Assembly (NCBI GenBank): GCA_038117205.1
Contig: JAYOFL010000003.1
Coordinates: 4,007 to 68,006 of the forward strand
DNA from: Rhodospirillales bacterium
GTDB taxonomy: Bacteria; Pseudomonadota; Alphaproteobacteria; Rhodospirillales; Casp-alpha2
DNA: 64,000 bases
Reading direction: 5' to 3'
Made by a program: the position numbers and the translations under genes. Position 1 is the first letter of the stretch. Each line of letters opens with the position of its first letter. The notes beneath the pieces are model-generated. The model was not told where the DNA came from. It was given only the letters and a program-made list of their open reading frames with translations, and did not search any database. This document shows, one piece after another, positions 9,774-17,862 of this stretch.

Positions 9774-10730
9774 ATGACCGCGCCGATCGGCATCACCCTC
9801 GGCGATCCCGCCGGCATCGGCCCGGAAATCGCCGCCAAGGCAGTCGCCGCCATGACGCCGGCGGAACGCGCCGCCACCGCCGTCATCGGCAGCGCCGGCG
9901 CCTTCGAGCGGGCGGTCCGGCTGATCGGCGCCGATCCCGCCGTCGCCGATCCGGCCCGGGGTGGCGTCCGCGTCCATGACATCGGCCCCGCCGACGGCAT
10001 TCCGGACGGCGAGATTTCCGCCGCCGCCGGGGAGCAGTCCTTCCTGGCCGTCGATACGGCGGTCAAGTTGGCGCAGGCGGGCGGAATTTCCGTCATCGTC
10101 ACCGCGCCCTTGAACAAGGGGGCGCTGCACGCGGCGGGGCATCACTACGACGGCCACACCGGCATGCTGGCGGCGCTGACCGGACGGAAGTCGAGCTTCA
10201 TGCTGCTGACGTGCGAGCGCTTCTCGACCATCCACGTGTCGACGCACGTGTCGCTGGCAGAGGCCATCGGGCGGTCGACGCCGGAGCGCATCGTCGCCAC
10301 GGTGGCGGCCGGCCACGATCATCTGAAGGAGATCGGCGTCGAGAACCCGCGCATCGCCGTCGCCGGGCTCAATCCGCATTGCGGCGAGGGCGGCATCTTC
10401 GGCACCGACGAGATCGAGCGCGTGACCCCCGGCGTCGAAAAAGCGCGGGCGCAGGGCTACAACGTTTTCGGTCCGATCCCAGGCGACACGGTGTTCTATC
10501 GCGCCGGCTGCGGCGAGTTCGATCTGGTCGTCGCGCAATACCACGACCAGGGCCATATCCCGATCAAGCTGATCGCCTTCGACAGTACCGTGAACGTCAC
10601 CCTCGGCCTGCCGATCAAGCGCACGTCGGTCGATCACGGCACCGCCTTCGACATCGCCTGGAAGGGCGTCGCCGATCACACTAACATGCAGGCCGCCATC
10701 GCCTACGCGCGGCGCATCGCCGGCCATTGA
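9774..10730 (+). CDS. PdxA-family 4-hydroxy/phospho-acid dehydrogenase (PdxA2-like)
   Basis: 318 aa with ITLGDPAGIGPEI, HVSTHVSL and NPHCGEGG motifs of the PdxA family. Confidence 0.85.
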   Translation: MTAPIGITLGDPAGIGPEIAAKAVAAMTPAERAATAVIGSAGAFERAVRLIGADPAVADPARGGVRVHDIGPADGIPDGEISAAAGEQSFLAVDTAVKLAQAGGISVIVTAPLNKGALHAAGHHYDGHTGMLAALTGRKSSFMLLTCERFSTIHVSTHVSLAEAIGRSTPERIVATVAAGHDHLKEIGVENPRIAVAGLNPHCGEGGIFGTDEIERVTPGVEKARAQGYNVFGPIPGDTVFYRAGCGEFDLVVAQYHDQGHIPIKLIAFDSTVNVTLGLPIKRTSVDHGTAFDIAWKGVADHTNMQAAIAYARRIAGH

Positions 10731-11683
10731 GGATCGGTGCCGTCGCCGACGACCTGACGGGCGCGCTCGACGTCGCGGCGGCCTTCGCCGACCGGGGGCT
10801 GATCGCCGACGTCCTGTTGAACGTCGACGCCGCTGCCTCGGCCACCGTCACCGTCATCGACACGGATAGCCGCGACGCGGCGCCGGAAGTCGCCGCCGAG
10901 CGGGCGCGCCGGGCGATGCGTGCCCTCGGGTCGGTCGACATCCCGTTCAAGAAGATCGATTCGACCCTGCGCGGTTCCTGGGCCGCCGAAATCGCCGCCG
11001 TGGCCGCCGGACGGCCGGTCCTGTTCGCACCCGCCAATCCGGCGCAGGGCCGCACCTTCGCCGCCGGTCGCGTGCGGGTGAACGGCAACGGCATTGAGCA
11101 TCCCGACGTCGCTGCCGCATTGGCCGGGTTGGACGCGGCGGCGCCCGATTGTCTCGGCAACGACGATCTCGACCAGTTCGTCGCCGAAGCACGGCCTGGA
11201 ACCCTTTTCGTCGGCAGCGGCGGTCTGGCGGCGGCCCTGGCCCGCCGGTACGGCGGCGCGCCGGCGCCGCGTCCGGAATTCGTTTCCGAGGTGCGGCCCC
11301 TCGTCGTCGCCGGATCGGCGACGTCGACGACGCATCGCCAGTTGGACCGGTTGCGGGCGTCCCGGCCGGGGGCGGAAATCCTGGCGGCGCCACGCACGGA
11401 CGGCGAAGCCGCCGGCATCGTTTCCGAACTGGCGGCGCGGGCCGTCGCCCTGCTTTCGCCCGGCCGTCCGGCGATCCTGACCGGCGGCGAGACGGCGCGC
11501 GCCGTCCTCGAAGGGCTCGGCGTATCCAGGCTCCGCTGCCGCGGTCATCTGCTGGCGGGACTGCCGCTCTCGGAAGCGGTTCGGGCCGGCGCCGACTTCA
11601 CGGTCGTCACCAAGGCCGGCGGCTTCGGATCGGAAAGCGCGCTTCTCGACGCCTTCGACCTGTTGTCGCCGCCGCAAACGTGA
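10727..11683 (+). CDS. four-carbon acid-sugar kinase family (DUF1537) protein, compact form
   Basis: TTG start within a TTGA overlap with pdxA. The N-terminus RIGAVADDLTGALDVA and the C-terminus LTGGETARAVLEGLG...VVTKAGGFG match the two DUF1537 domains. Confidence 0.7.
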   Translation: MRIGAVADDLTGALDVAAAFADRGLIADVLLNVDAAASATVTVIDTDSRDAAPEVAAERARRAMRALGSVDIPFKKIDSTLRGSWAAEIAAVAAGRPVLFAPANPAQGRTFAAGRVRVNGNGIEHPDVAAALAGLDAAAPDCLGNDDLDQFVAEARPGTLFVGSGGLAAALARRYGGAPAPRPEFVSEVRPLVVAGSATSTTHRQLDRLRASRPGAEILAAPRTDGEAAGIVSELAARAVALLSPGRPAILTGGETARAVLEGLGVSRLRCRGHLLAGLPLSEAVRAGADFTVVTKAGGFGSESALLDAFDLLSPPQT

Positions 11684-11694
11684 TTAAAGAAAAC

Positions 11695-12717
11695 ATGATC
11701 AAACTGTCCGTTCTCGACCAATCCACTGCCGCCGCCGGTGTCCCACAGGATCAATCCATCCGCGACACCATCGCCCTCGCCGGGTTCTGCGAGGATCTCG
11801 GCTACGAACGCTTCTGGGTGTCGGAGCATCACAATCACCCGACCATCGTCGGCACGGCGCCGGAAATCGTCATGGCGGCCATCGCCCAGTCGACGAAGCG
11901 CATCCGCATCGGCAGCGCCGGCGTCATGCTGCCGCATTACGCGCCGTTGAAGGTGGCGGAGCAGTTCCGCGTCCTCGACGCCATCGCGCCCGGGCGCATC
12001 GACCTGGGCCTCGGCCGCGCCCCCGGCTCGGACGGCAAGACGGCGCATGCCCTCAACCCGAACGCCAACCTGGACGCCGAGAATTTTCCCGCCAACGTGC
12101 GCGACCTGATGGCCTGGGTGTCGGGCGAGCCGCTGGTCGACGGGCATCCGTTCCGCAACATCCACGCTCTGCCGATGACCGAGTCCGTGCCCGAACTTTG
12201 GATGCTCGGCACCTCGGATTACGGGGCGCAGGTGGCGGCGCATTTCGGCATGCCCTATTGCTTCGCGCATTTCATCACCGACGGCCGTGGCGCGGCACAG
12301 GCGCTCGAGCTCTATCGCCGCAGCTACCGGCCGAGCGCCCGCCACCCGACGCCGCAAGGCGCCGTCTGCGTCTGGGCGCTCGCCGCCGAGACGGACGCCG
12401 AGGCGGAGCGGCTGTTCGCCTCCCGGGCATTCTGGAAAGTGCGGCGGGAACAGGGCGATCTGCGCGCGGTGGAAACGCCGGAAACCGCCCTCGCCTATGC
12501 CTATTCCCCGGCGGAACAGGCCCGCGTCGACGAACTGCGCGGAAACGCCCTGATCGGCTCGGCCAAGACCGTCGGCGGCTATCTCCGCGATCTCGCGGGC
12601 GCGCTCGGTGTCGAGGAGGTGGTGGTCCTTACCTGGACGCACGACCAGACGGACCGGCGGCGGTCCTACGAATTGCTGGCCGACGAATTCGGTCTCTCGG
12701 GATCCCGCTCTTCCTGA
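11695..12717 (+). CDS. LLM-class flavin-dependent oxidoreductase (luciferase-like)
   Basis: The real start is the ATG at MIKLSVLDQS. The 522-aa track ORF from 11149 is an Arg-rich extension overlapping the kinase gene. WVSEHHN and LGLGRAPGSD blocks are present. Confidence 0.85.
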   Translation: MIKLSVLDQSTAAAGVPQDQSIRDTIALAGFCEDLGYERFWVSEHHNHPTIVGTAPEIVMAAIAQSTKRIRIGSAGVMLPHYAPLKVAEQFRVLDAIAPGRIDLGLGRAPGSDGKTAHALNPNANLDAENFPANVRDLMAWVSGEPLVDGHPFRNIHALPMTESVPELWMLGTSDYGAQVAAHFGMPYCFAHFITDGRGAAQALELYRRSYRPSARHPTPQGAVCVWALAAETDAEAERLFASRAFWKVRREQGDLRAVETPETALAYAYSPAEQARVDELRGNALIGSAKTVGGYLRDLAGALGVEEVVVLTWTHDQTDRRRSYELLADEFGLSGSRSS

Positions 12718-12869
12718 TCCGGCAGGCTGCCGTCGTCGTCACGGAGTGCCCGCATGGCGGCGCCGTCGAGGTCGTCGAACTGACCCGACCGCATGGACCA
12801 GAAGAACGCGCCCAGCCCGACGAGGCCCAGGAACAGCGCGATGGGAATCAGATAGGCAACGACATCCAT
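12666..12869 (-). CDS. ccoS: cbb3-oxidase maturation protein CcoS/FixS
   Basis: MDVVAYLIPIALFLGLVGLGAFFWSMRSGQFDDLDGAA is the characteristic CcoS sequence. The start lies 8 nt after the fixI stop, the classical fixI-fixS arrangement. Confidence 0.75.
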   Translation of the reverse strand: MDVVAYLIPIALFLGLVGLGAFFWSMRSGQFDDLDGAAMRALRDDDGSLPDQEERDPERPNSSASNS

Positions 12870-12877
12870 CGCCGCAC

Positions 12878-13504
12878 CTAGCGGATAAGACGAAGCCGCA
12901 GCGCGTTCAACGTCACCACCAGCGAGCTTAACGACATGGCGATGGCGGCGACCAGCGGCGTCGCCAGCCCGGCCGCCGCTATCGGCACGGCGATGACGTT
13001 ATAAAGCGCCGCCAGGGCGAAGTTCTGCAGCACGAGGCGCGTCGCCTGCTTGGCGACCGTGTGCGCCGTCGCCACGGGGGCCAGCGAGCGGCCCTGAAAC
13101 ACCAGATCGGCGGCGGCCTGGCTGACGTCGGCGGCGGCGGCCGGCGACATGGAGACATGCCCGGCGGCGAGCGCCGGCGCGTCGTTGAGACCGTCGCCGA
13201 CCATCAATACCTTGCGCCCCTGGGCCGCGAGTTCGTTCAACCGCCGGACCTTGTCGTCCGGCCGGCATTCGGCGCGCCAATCGTCGATCCAGACGACGGC
13301 GGCGACGTGTTCGACGGCGGCGTGACGGTCGCCGGACAGCAGTTCGATCCGGAGACCCCGCGCCTTGAGGGCGGCGATCGTCTCCTTCGCGCCGTCGCGG
13401 AGCGTATCCTCGAAGGCGAAGCGCACCGGCTCTGCGCCGTCGGTGACGAGCCAGATTTCCGATCCGGACGCGTCGTCCGCGCTCCAAGCACCGGTGCCGA
13501 CCAT
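12878..13504 (-). pseudogene. fixI: fixI/ccoI P-type ATPase, C-terminal third only (5'-truncated remnant; upper boundary approximate)
   Basis: The hinge and last TM helices are retained (LLSGDR, MVGDGLNDAPALAAGHVSMS, VLQNFALAALYN, AMSLSSLVVTLNALRL). The actuator, the DKTGT phosphorylation site and the N-terminal TM/metal-binding parts are absent. The ORF N-terminus shows no ATPase similarity. Confidence 0.7.
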
Positions 13505-13595
13505 GGGAAACGGGCGACGCCGGCATTGCCGCCGGCCTGCCGAAATGACATGTACGGGGCTCCGGCGGCAGGGCCGGGTTGGGAGTCCCGGAATC

Positions 13596-14243
13596 ATGGC
13601 GAGCAATCTGCCAGACGCGTTTTTTTTCGATTTCGACGGCGTGCTGATTGAATCGACGGCCGTCAAGGAAGCGGCGTTCCGCGCTCTCTATGAACCCTAC
13701 GGCGACGCGGTGCTGGCGCGGGTTCTCGCCTATCACGGCGCCAACGAGGGCATTTCCCGGCTGATCAAGATCCGTCATTGCCACCGGGCCTTCCTCGGCG
13801 TCGATCTCGACGACGAGGCGCTCGCCGTCATCGCCGCCCGTTACCGCGACCTGGTCGAAACGCGGGTCGCCGCCGCTCCCTGGGTGCCCGGGGCCAAGGA
13901 ATTCCTGGAACGGCATGCCGGCCTCAGGCCCTGTTTCGTCGTCTCCGGCACGCCTGAGGACGAACTTCGCCGCATCGCCACGGCGCGCGACATGGACCGG
14001 TATTTCGTCGAAGTCCGCGGCTCGCCCGCGACCAAGGCCGACATCGTCGCCGACATTTCGGCGCGGCACGGCATAGACCCGGCGAGGTCGCTTTTCGTCG
14101 GCGACGCCATGGCGGACCGGGCGGCGGCCATCGCGCACGGCATGCGGTTCATCGGCCGCGTCGCCGCCGATGGACACAACCCCTTTCCTCCGGGTACCGT
14201 CATCGTCGCCGACATGCGCGGCCTCCCCGCCCTGCTCGTCTGA
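13596..14243 (+). CDS. HAD-family hydrolase (phosphatase-like)
   Basis: The start at MASNLPDAFFFDFDGVLIES carries the DxDG motif, and a later VGDAMADRAAA motif is present. The track ORF from 13365 is an extension. Confidence 0.8.
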   Translation: MASNLPDAFFFDFDGVLIESTAVKEAAFRALYEPYGDAVLARVLAYHGANEGISRLIKIRHCHRAFLGVDLDDEALAVIAARYRDLVETRVAAAPWVPGAKEFLERHAGLRPCFVVSGTPEDELRRIATARDMDRYFVEVRGSPATKADIVADISARHGIDPARSLFVGDAMADRAAAIAHGMRFIGRVAADGHNPFPPGTVIVADMRGLPALLV

Positions 14244-14286
14244 CGGGCCGGACGGAAAGAATCCATTTGCCATGCGGCGGGTGAAA

Positions 14287-14315
14287 ATGTAACTTTTCTT
14301 ACATAATCATGTAAT
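14287..14315. promoter_or_regulatory. AT-rich 7-4-7-4-7 repeat array ATGTAAC-TTTT-CTTACAT-AATC-ATGTAAT upstream of phnD
   Basis: Three alternating half-sites with 11-bp periodicity, ending 67 nt upstream of the phnD ATG. The related unit ATGTAAG-ATAT-CTTACAA occurs at 23149-23166. Confidence 0.4.
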
Positions 14316-14381
14316 ATTCCGCGTGTGATGTGCTGCCCAGCAGACCTTCACTCACCGGAAGACAAACAGGGGGATCATTCG

Positions 14382-15365
14382 ATGATCACGACCAAACGTC
14401 TCGTTTCCGCCTTGGCCGCGCTGGCCGTCGGCGCCGCGCTTTCCTTCGGCTTCACCGGCACCGCCGCCGCCCAGGAATGCCCGCGCAGCTTCCTCGACAA
14501 GCAATACTGCGACCGCGACGGCGACCTGACCGCCGACCTGCCGACCGACAAGAGCAAGGTCGTCGACCCCGGCACCATCATTTTCGCCTACACCCCGGTC
14601 GAAGACCCGGCCGTTTACGCCAAGGTGTGGGACGGCTTCATCCAGCACATGGCGAAGACCACCGGCAAGAAGGTCGTCTTCTTCCCGGTGCAGTCGAACG
14701 CCGCGCAGATCGAGGCCATGCGCTCCGGCCGCCTGCACGTGGCCGGCTTCAACACCGGCTCCAACCCGATCGCCGTCGCCTGCGCCGGCTTCGTGCCGTT
14801 CGCCATGATGGCCGCGAAGGACGGGTCCTACGGCTACGAGATGGAAATCATCGTCCCGGCCGACAGCGCCATCAAGACGCCGGCCGATCTGAAGGGTCAC
14901 ACCCTGGCCTTCACCTCGCCGACGTCCAACTCGGGCTTCAAGGCGCCGTCCGCGCTGCTGAAGAGCGAATTCGGCCTGGTCGCCGACAAGGACTTTAAGA
15001 CGGCGTTCTCCGGCAAGCACGACAACTCGGTGCTCGGCGTCGCCAACAAGGACTACGAGGCCGCTGCGGTCGCTAACTCGGTGATGAAGCGCATGATCGA
15101 CCGCAAGGTCGTCGACGCGAAGAAGATCCGCTCCATCTACAAGTCGCAGACATTCCCGACCACCGGCTACGGACATGCGCACAACCTCGATCCGGCGCTG
15201 GCCGCCAAGATCAAGGAAGCCTTCTTCACCTTCCCGTGGAAGGGTTCGGCCCTGAAGAAGGAGTTCAAGAAGGAAGACAAGTTCATCCCGATCACGCACA
15301 AGAAGGATTGGGAAATCATCCGCAAGATCGATGCCGCCAACGGCGTCAAGTACGAGTGCAAGTAA
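14382..15365 (+). CDS. phnD: phosphonate/phosphite ABC transporter substrate-binding protein (PhnD family)
   Basis: Start at MITTKRLVSALAAL (signal peptide). FAYTPVEDP, RLHVAGFNTGS and TSPTSNSGF blocks are typical of PhnD. Confidence 0.85.
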   Translation: MITTKRLVSALAALAVGAALSFGFTGTAAAQECPRSFLDKQYCDRDGDLTADLPTDKSKVVDPGTIIFAYTPVEDPAVYAKVWDGFIQHMAKTTGKKVVFFPVQSNAAQIEAMRSGRLHVAGFNTGSNPIAVACAGFVPFAMMAAKDGSYGYEMEIIVPADSAIKTPADLKGHTLAFTSPTSNSGFKAPSALLKSEFGLVADKDFKTAFSGKHDNSVLGVANKDYEAAAVANSVMKRMIDRKVVDAKKIRSIYKSQTFPTTGYGHAHNLDPALAAKIKEAFFTFPWKGSALKKEFKKEDKFIPITHKKDWEIIRKIDAANGVKYECK

Positions 15366-15385
15366 CTCGTAGCTGAAACAGGGAC

Positions 15386-15424
15386 GAGGGTATCGGCGGA
15401 ACCGCCGGTACCCTCTTCTTCTTA
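15386..15424 (+). terminator. stem-loop plus U-rich tail after phnD (partial terminator / attenuator)
   Basis: GAGGGTATCGGCGG-AA-CCGCCGGTACCCTC forms a 14-bp stem with one G-U pair, followed by TTCTTCTTA. Confidence 0.5.
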
Positions 15425-15443
15425 CCGAGGGGGGCTTGCGGCG

Positions 15444-16232
15444 ATGTTGCGATTGGTCGATCTCGTCAAGCAGTACAAGACCGGGGACAAGGCGCTGAAG
15501 AGCGTCAACCTAGAAGTGCCGAACGGCCAGGTGATGGCCCTGATCGGCCCATCCGGCGCCGGCAAGTCGACGCTGATCCGCTGCGTCAACCGGCTCGTCG
15601 AACCGACGAGCGGCAAAATTTTTCTCGACGACACGGAGCTCACGACCCTGAGCCAGGGGCAGCTCCGCCGCGCGCGCCGCAAGATGGGCATGATCTTCCA
15701 GGAATACGCCCTGGTCGAGCGCCTGACGGTGATGGAGAACGTGCTCTCCGGCCGGCTCGGCTACGTGCCGTTCTGGCGCAGCTATTTCCGCAAGTTTCCG
15801 CAATCCGACATCGACGAGGCGTTCCGGCTGCTCGCCCGCGTCGGGCTCGACCACATGGTCGACAAGCGCGCCGACGAACTGTCCGGCGGTCAGCGCCAGC
15901 GCGTCGGCATCTGCCGGGCGCTGATCCAGAACCCGCAGCTTCTCCTGGTCGACGAGCCGACGGCGTCGCTCGACCCCAAGACGTCACGCCAGATCATGCG
16001 CCTGATCCGCGAGCTCTGCGCCGAGCGGAAGCTGTCCGCCATCATCAACATCCACGACGTTTTGCTGGCGCAGATGTTCGCCGAGCGCATCGTCGGCCTG
16101 CAGTTGGGCGAGATCGTCTACGACGGTCCGCCGGACGGTCTGACGCCCGACGTCCTGACGCAGATCTACGGCGAAGAGGACTGGGAAGCGACCATCTCGA
16201 AAGTCGAAGACGAGGACGAGGAAGCGGCATGA
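15444..16232 (+). CDS. phnC: phosphonate ABC transporter ATP-binding protein
   Basis: Walker [10 protein letters not shown], signature LSGGQRQR and Walker B LLLVDEP. Confidence 0.9.
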   Translation: MLRLVDLVKQYKTGDKALKSVNLEVPNGQVMALIGPSGAGKSTLIRCVNRLVEPTSGKIFLDDTELTTLSQGQLRRARRKMGMIFQEYALVERLTVMENVLSGRLGYVPFWRSYFRKFPQSDIDEAFRLLARVGLDHMVDKRADELSGGQRQRVGICRALIQNPQLLLVDEPTASLDPKTSRQIMRLIRELCAERKLSAIINIHDVLLAQMFAERIVGLQLGEIVYDGPPDGLTPDVLTQIYGEEDWEATISKVEDEDEEAA

Positions 16233-17038
16233 CCGCCGCCATGGGAACGGGCGGGCGCCAATGGAAGCGGCCGCCGCTGATCAAGAGCCCCCTCCTTCGC
16301 TGGGGCTTGGTTGTCGGCGGCGCCGCCTATCTCGCCGTCGTGTTCGGCACCATGGACGTCAATTGGTCGCGCGTCGCCGATGGCTTTCCGCGCGGCCAAC
16401 GCTTCCTGGCCTCGTTCTTCCCGCCGGATTTCGTATCGCGCGCCGCCGACATCTGGGAAGGCATCCTGGAAAGTCTCTGGATCACCATCATTTCGACGGT
16501 ATTCGGCATCTTGATTTCGATCCCCGTCGGCCTCGGCGCGGCGCGCAATCTGGCGCCGCGGCCCGTCTATCTGCTTTCGCGGGCGATCCTCGCCATTTCC
16601 CGGACCTTCCCGGAGATCATCATCGCGCTGTTCGCGGTCAAGCTGTTCGGCTTCGGCCCGTTCGCCGGCTTCATCGCGCTCTCCATCGGCACCATCGGCT
16701 TCTACGGCAAGCTGCTCGCCGAGGACATCGAGGACATGGACCCGGGTCAGGCGGAAGCGGTCAAGGCGACCGGCGCCGGCTGGTTCCAGTGGCTCAACTA
16801 CGCCGTCCAGCCGCAGGTGATGCCGCGCATGATCGGCCTCGGCATGTACCGCTTCGACATCAATTTCCGTGAATCGGCGGTGGTCGGCATCGTCGGCGGT
16901 GGCGGCATCGGCGCGACGCTGCTGACCTCCTTCGACCGCTACGAGTTCGATTCTGCGGCGGCGATCCTGCTCATCATCATCGGCATCGTCATGGCCGTCG
17001 AATATTCGTCCAGCTACATCAGGAAGTGGGTGCAGTAA
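16229..17038 (+). CDS. phnE: phosphonate ABC transporter permease
   Basis: ATGA-coupled to phnC. Polytopic, with PhnE-type blocks ([31 protein letters not shown]). Confidence 0.85.
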   Translation: MTAAMGTGGRQWKRPPLIKSPLLRWGLVVGGAAYLAVVFGTMDVNWSRVADGFPRGQRFLASFFPPDFVSRAADIWEGILESLWITIISTVFGILISIPVGLGAARNLAPRPVYLLSRAILAISRTFPEIIIALFAVKLFGFGPFAGFIALSIGTIGFYGKLLAEDIEDMDPGQAEAVKATGAGWFQWLNYAVQPQVMPRMIGLGMYRFDINFRESAVVGIVGGGGIGATLLTSFDRYEFDSAAAILLIIIGIVMAVEYSSSYIRKWVQ

Positions 17039-17040
17039 CC

Positions 17041-17856
17041 ATGCCGGTCCAGCAAAGCAACGGCGCCAAGGTTTGGCAGCGGCGCGACCGCGGCACCCAG
17101 TTCACCATTTGGGGCATCCAGTTCGTCTGTCTCGCGGTATTCGCCTTCTGCTGGCAGCTGATTTCCGACAAGACCATCTGGGAATTCGTCTACGACGCGC
17201 CGCGTCAGGCCAACGACATGGCGTCGCGCATGGTGCCGCCGGCCTGGGACTACATGGACAAGCTCTGGCTGGCGATCTGGGACACCATCAACATCGCCAC
17301 GCTCGGCACGCTGATGGCCGTCGTCATGGCGTTTCCGATCGCCTTCCTGGCGGCCCGCAACACGACGCCGTCGAAGGCCTTGATTCGCCCGGTGGCGCTC
17401 TTCATCATCGTCTCGTCGCGCTCCATCAATTCGCTGCTGTGGGCGCTGATGCTGGTGACGATCATCGGCCCGGGCGTGCTGGCGGGCGTGCTCGCCATCG
17501 GTTTCCGCTCCATCGGCTTCTGCGCCAAGCTGCTGTACGAGGCGATCGAGGAAATCGACACCACGCAGGTGGAGGCCGTCACGGCAACCGGCGCCAGCGG
17601 ACCGCAGATACTGAACTACGGGATCGTGCCGCAGATCATGCCGGCCTTCGCCGGCATCTCGGTGTTCCGCTGGGACATCAACATCCGCGAATCGACCGTG
17701 CTCGGGCTGGTCGGCGCCGGCGGCATCGGCCTGCAACTCAGCGCGTCGATCAACAACGTCGCATGGACGCAGGTATCGCTGATCCTGCTGGTGATCCTCG
17801 GCACCGTGATCGTGTCGGAGTGGGTGTCGGCGAAGGTCCGCCACGCCATCATCTGA
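17041..17856 (+). CDS. phnE: phosphonate ABC transporter permease (second copy)
   Basis: Paralogue of the previous gene (INIRESTVLGLVGAGGIG). The start could alternatively be the ATG at 17026. Confidence 0.85.
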   Translation: MPVQQSNGAKVWQRRDRGTQFTIWGIQFVCLAVFAFCWQLISDKTIWEFVYDAPRQANDMASRMVPPAWDYMDKLWLAIWDTINIATLGTLMAVVMAFPIAFLAARNTTPSKALIRPVALFIIVSSRSINSLLWALMLVTIIGPGVLAGVLAIGFRSIGFCAKLLYEAIEEIDTTQVEAVTATGASGPQILNYGIVPQIMPAFAGISVFRWDINIRESTVLGLVGAGGIGLQLSASINNVAWTQVSLILLVILGTVIVSEWVSAKVRHAII

Positions 17857-17862
17857 GGCGCT

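Noticed and set aside
11149-11694. Long N-terminal extensions of track ORFs (11149-12717, 17863-19233, 27744-30188, 30923-31612, 38575-39690, 39697-40635, 40503-41687, 51237-53675, 59182-61224)
   Set aside because: The extensions overlap upstream genes in another frame and are Arg/Pro/Gly-rich. Family homology begins at an internal start codon, usually one with an RBS or a stop-start overlap. I re-called the starts accordingly.
14298-14315. Calling CTTACAT-AATC-ATGTAAT a canonical PhoB Pho box
   Set aside because: Only about 10 of 14 core positions match CTGTCAT-N4-CTGTCAT, and the second unit is inverted rather than direct. I reported it as a Pho-box-like geometry to be tested, not as a Pho box.
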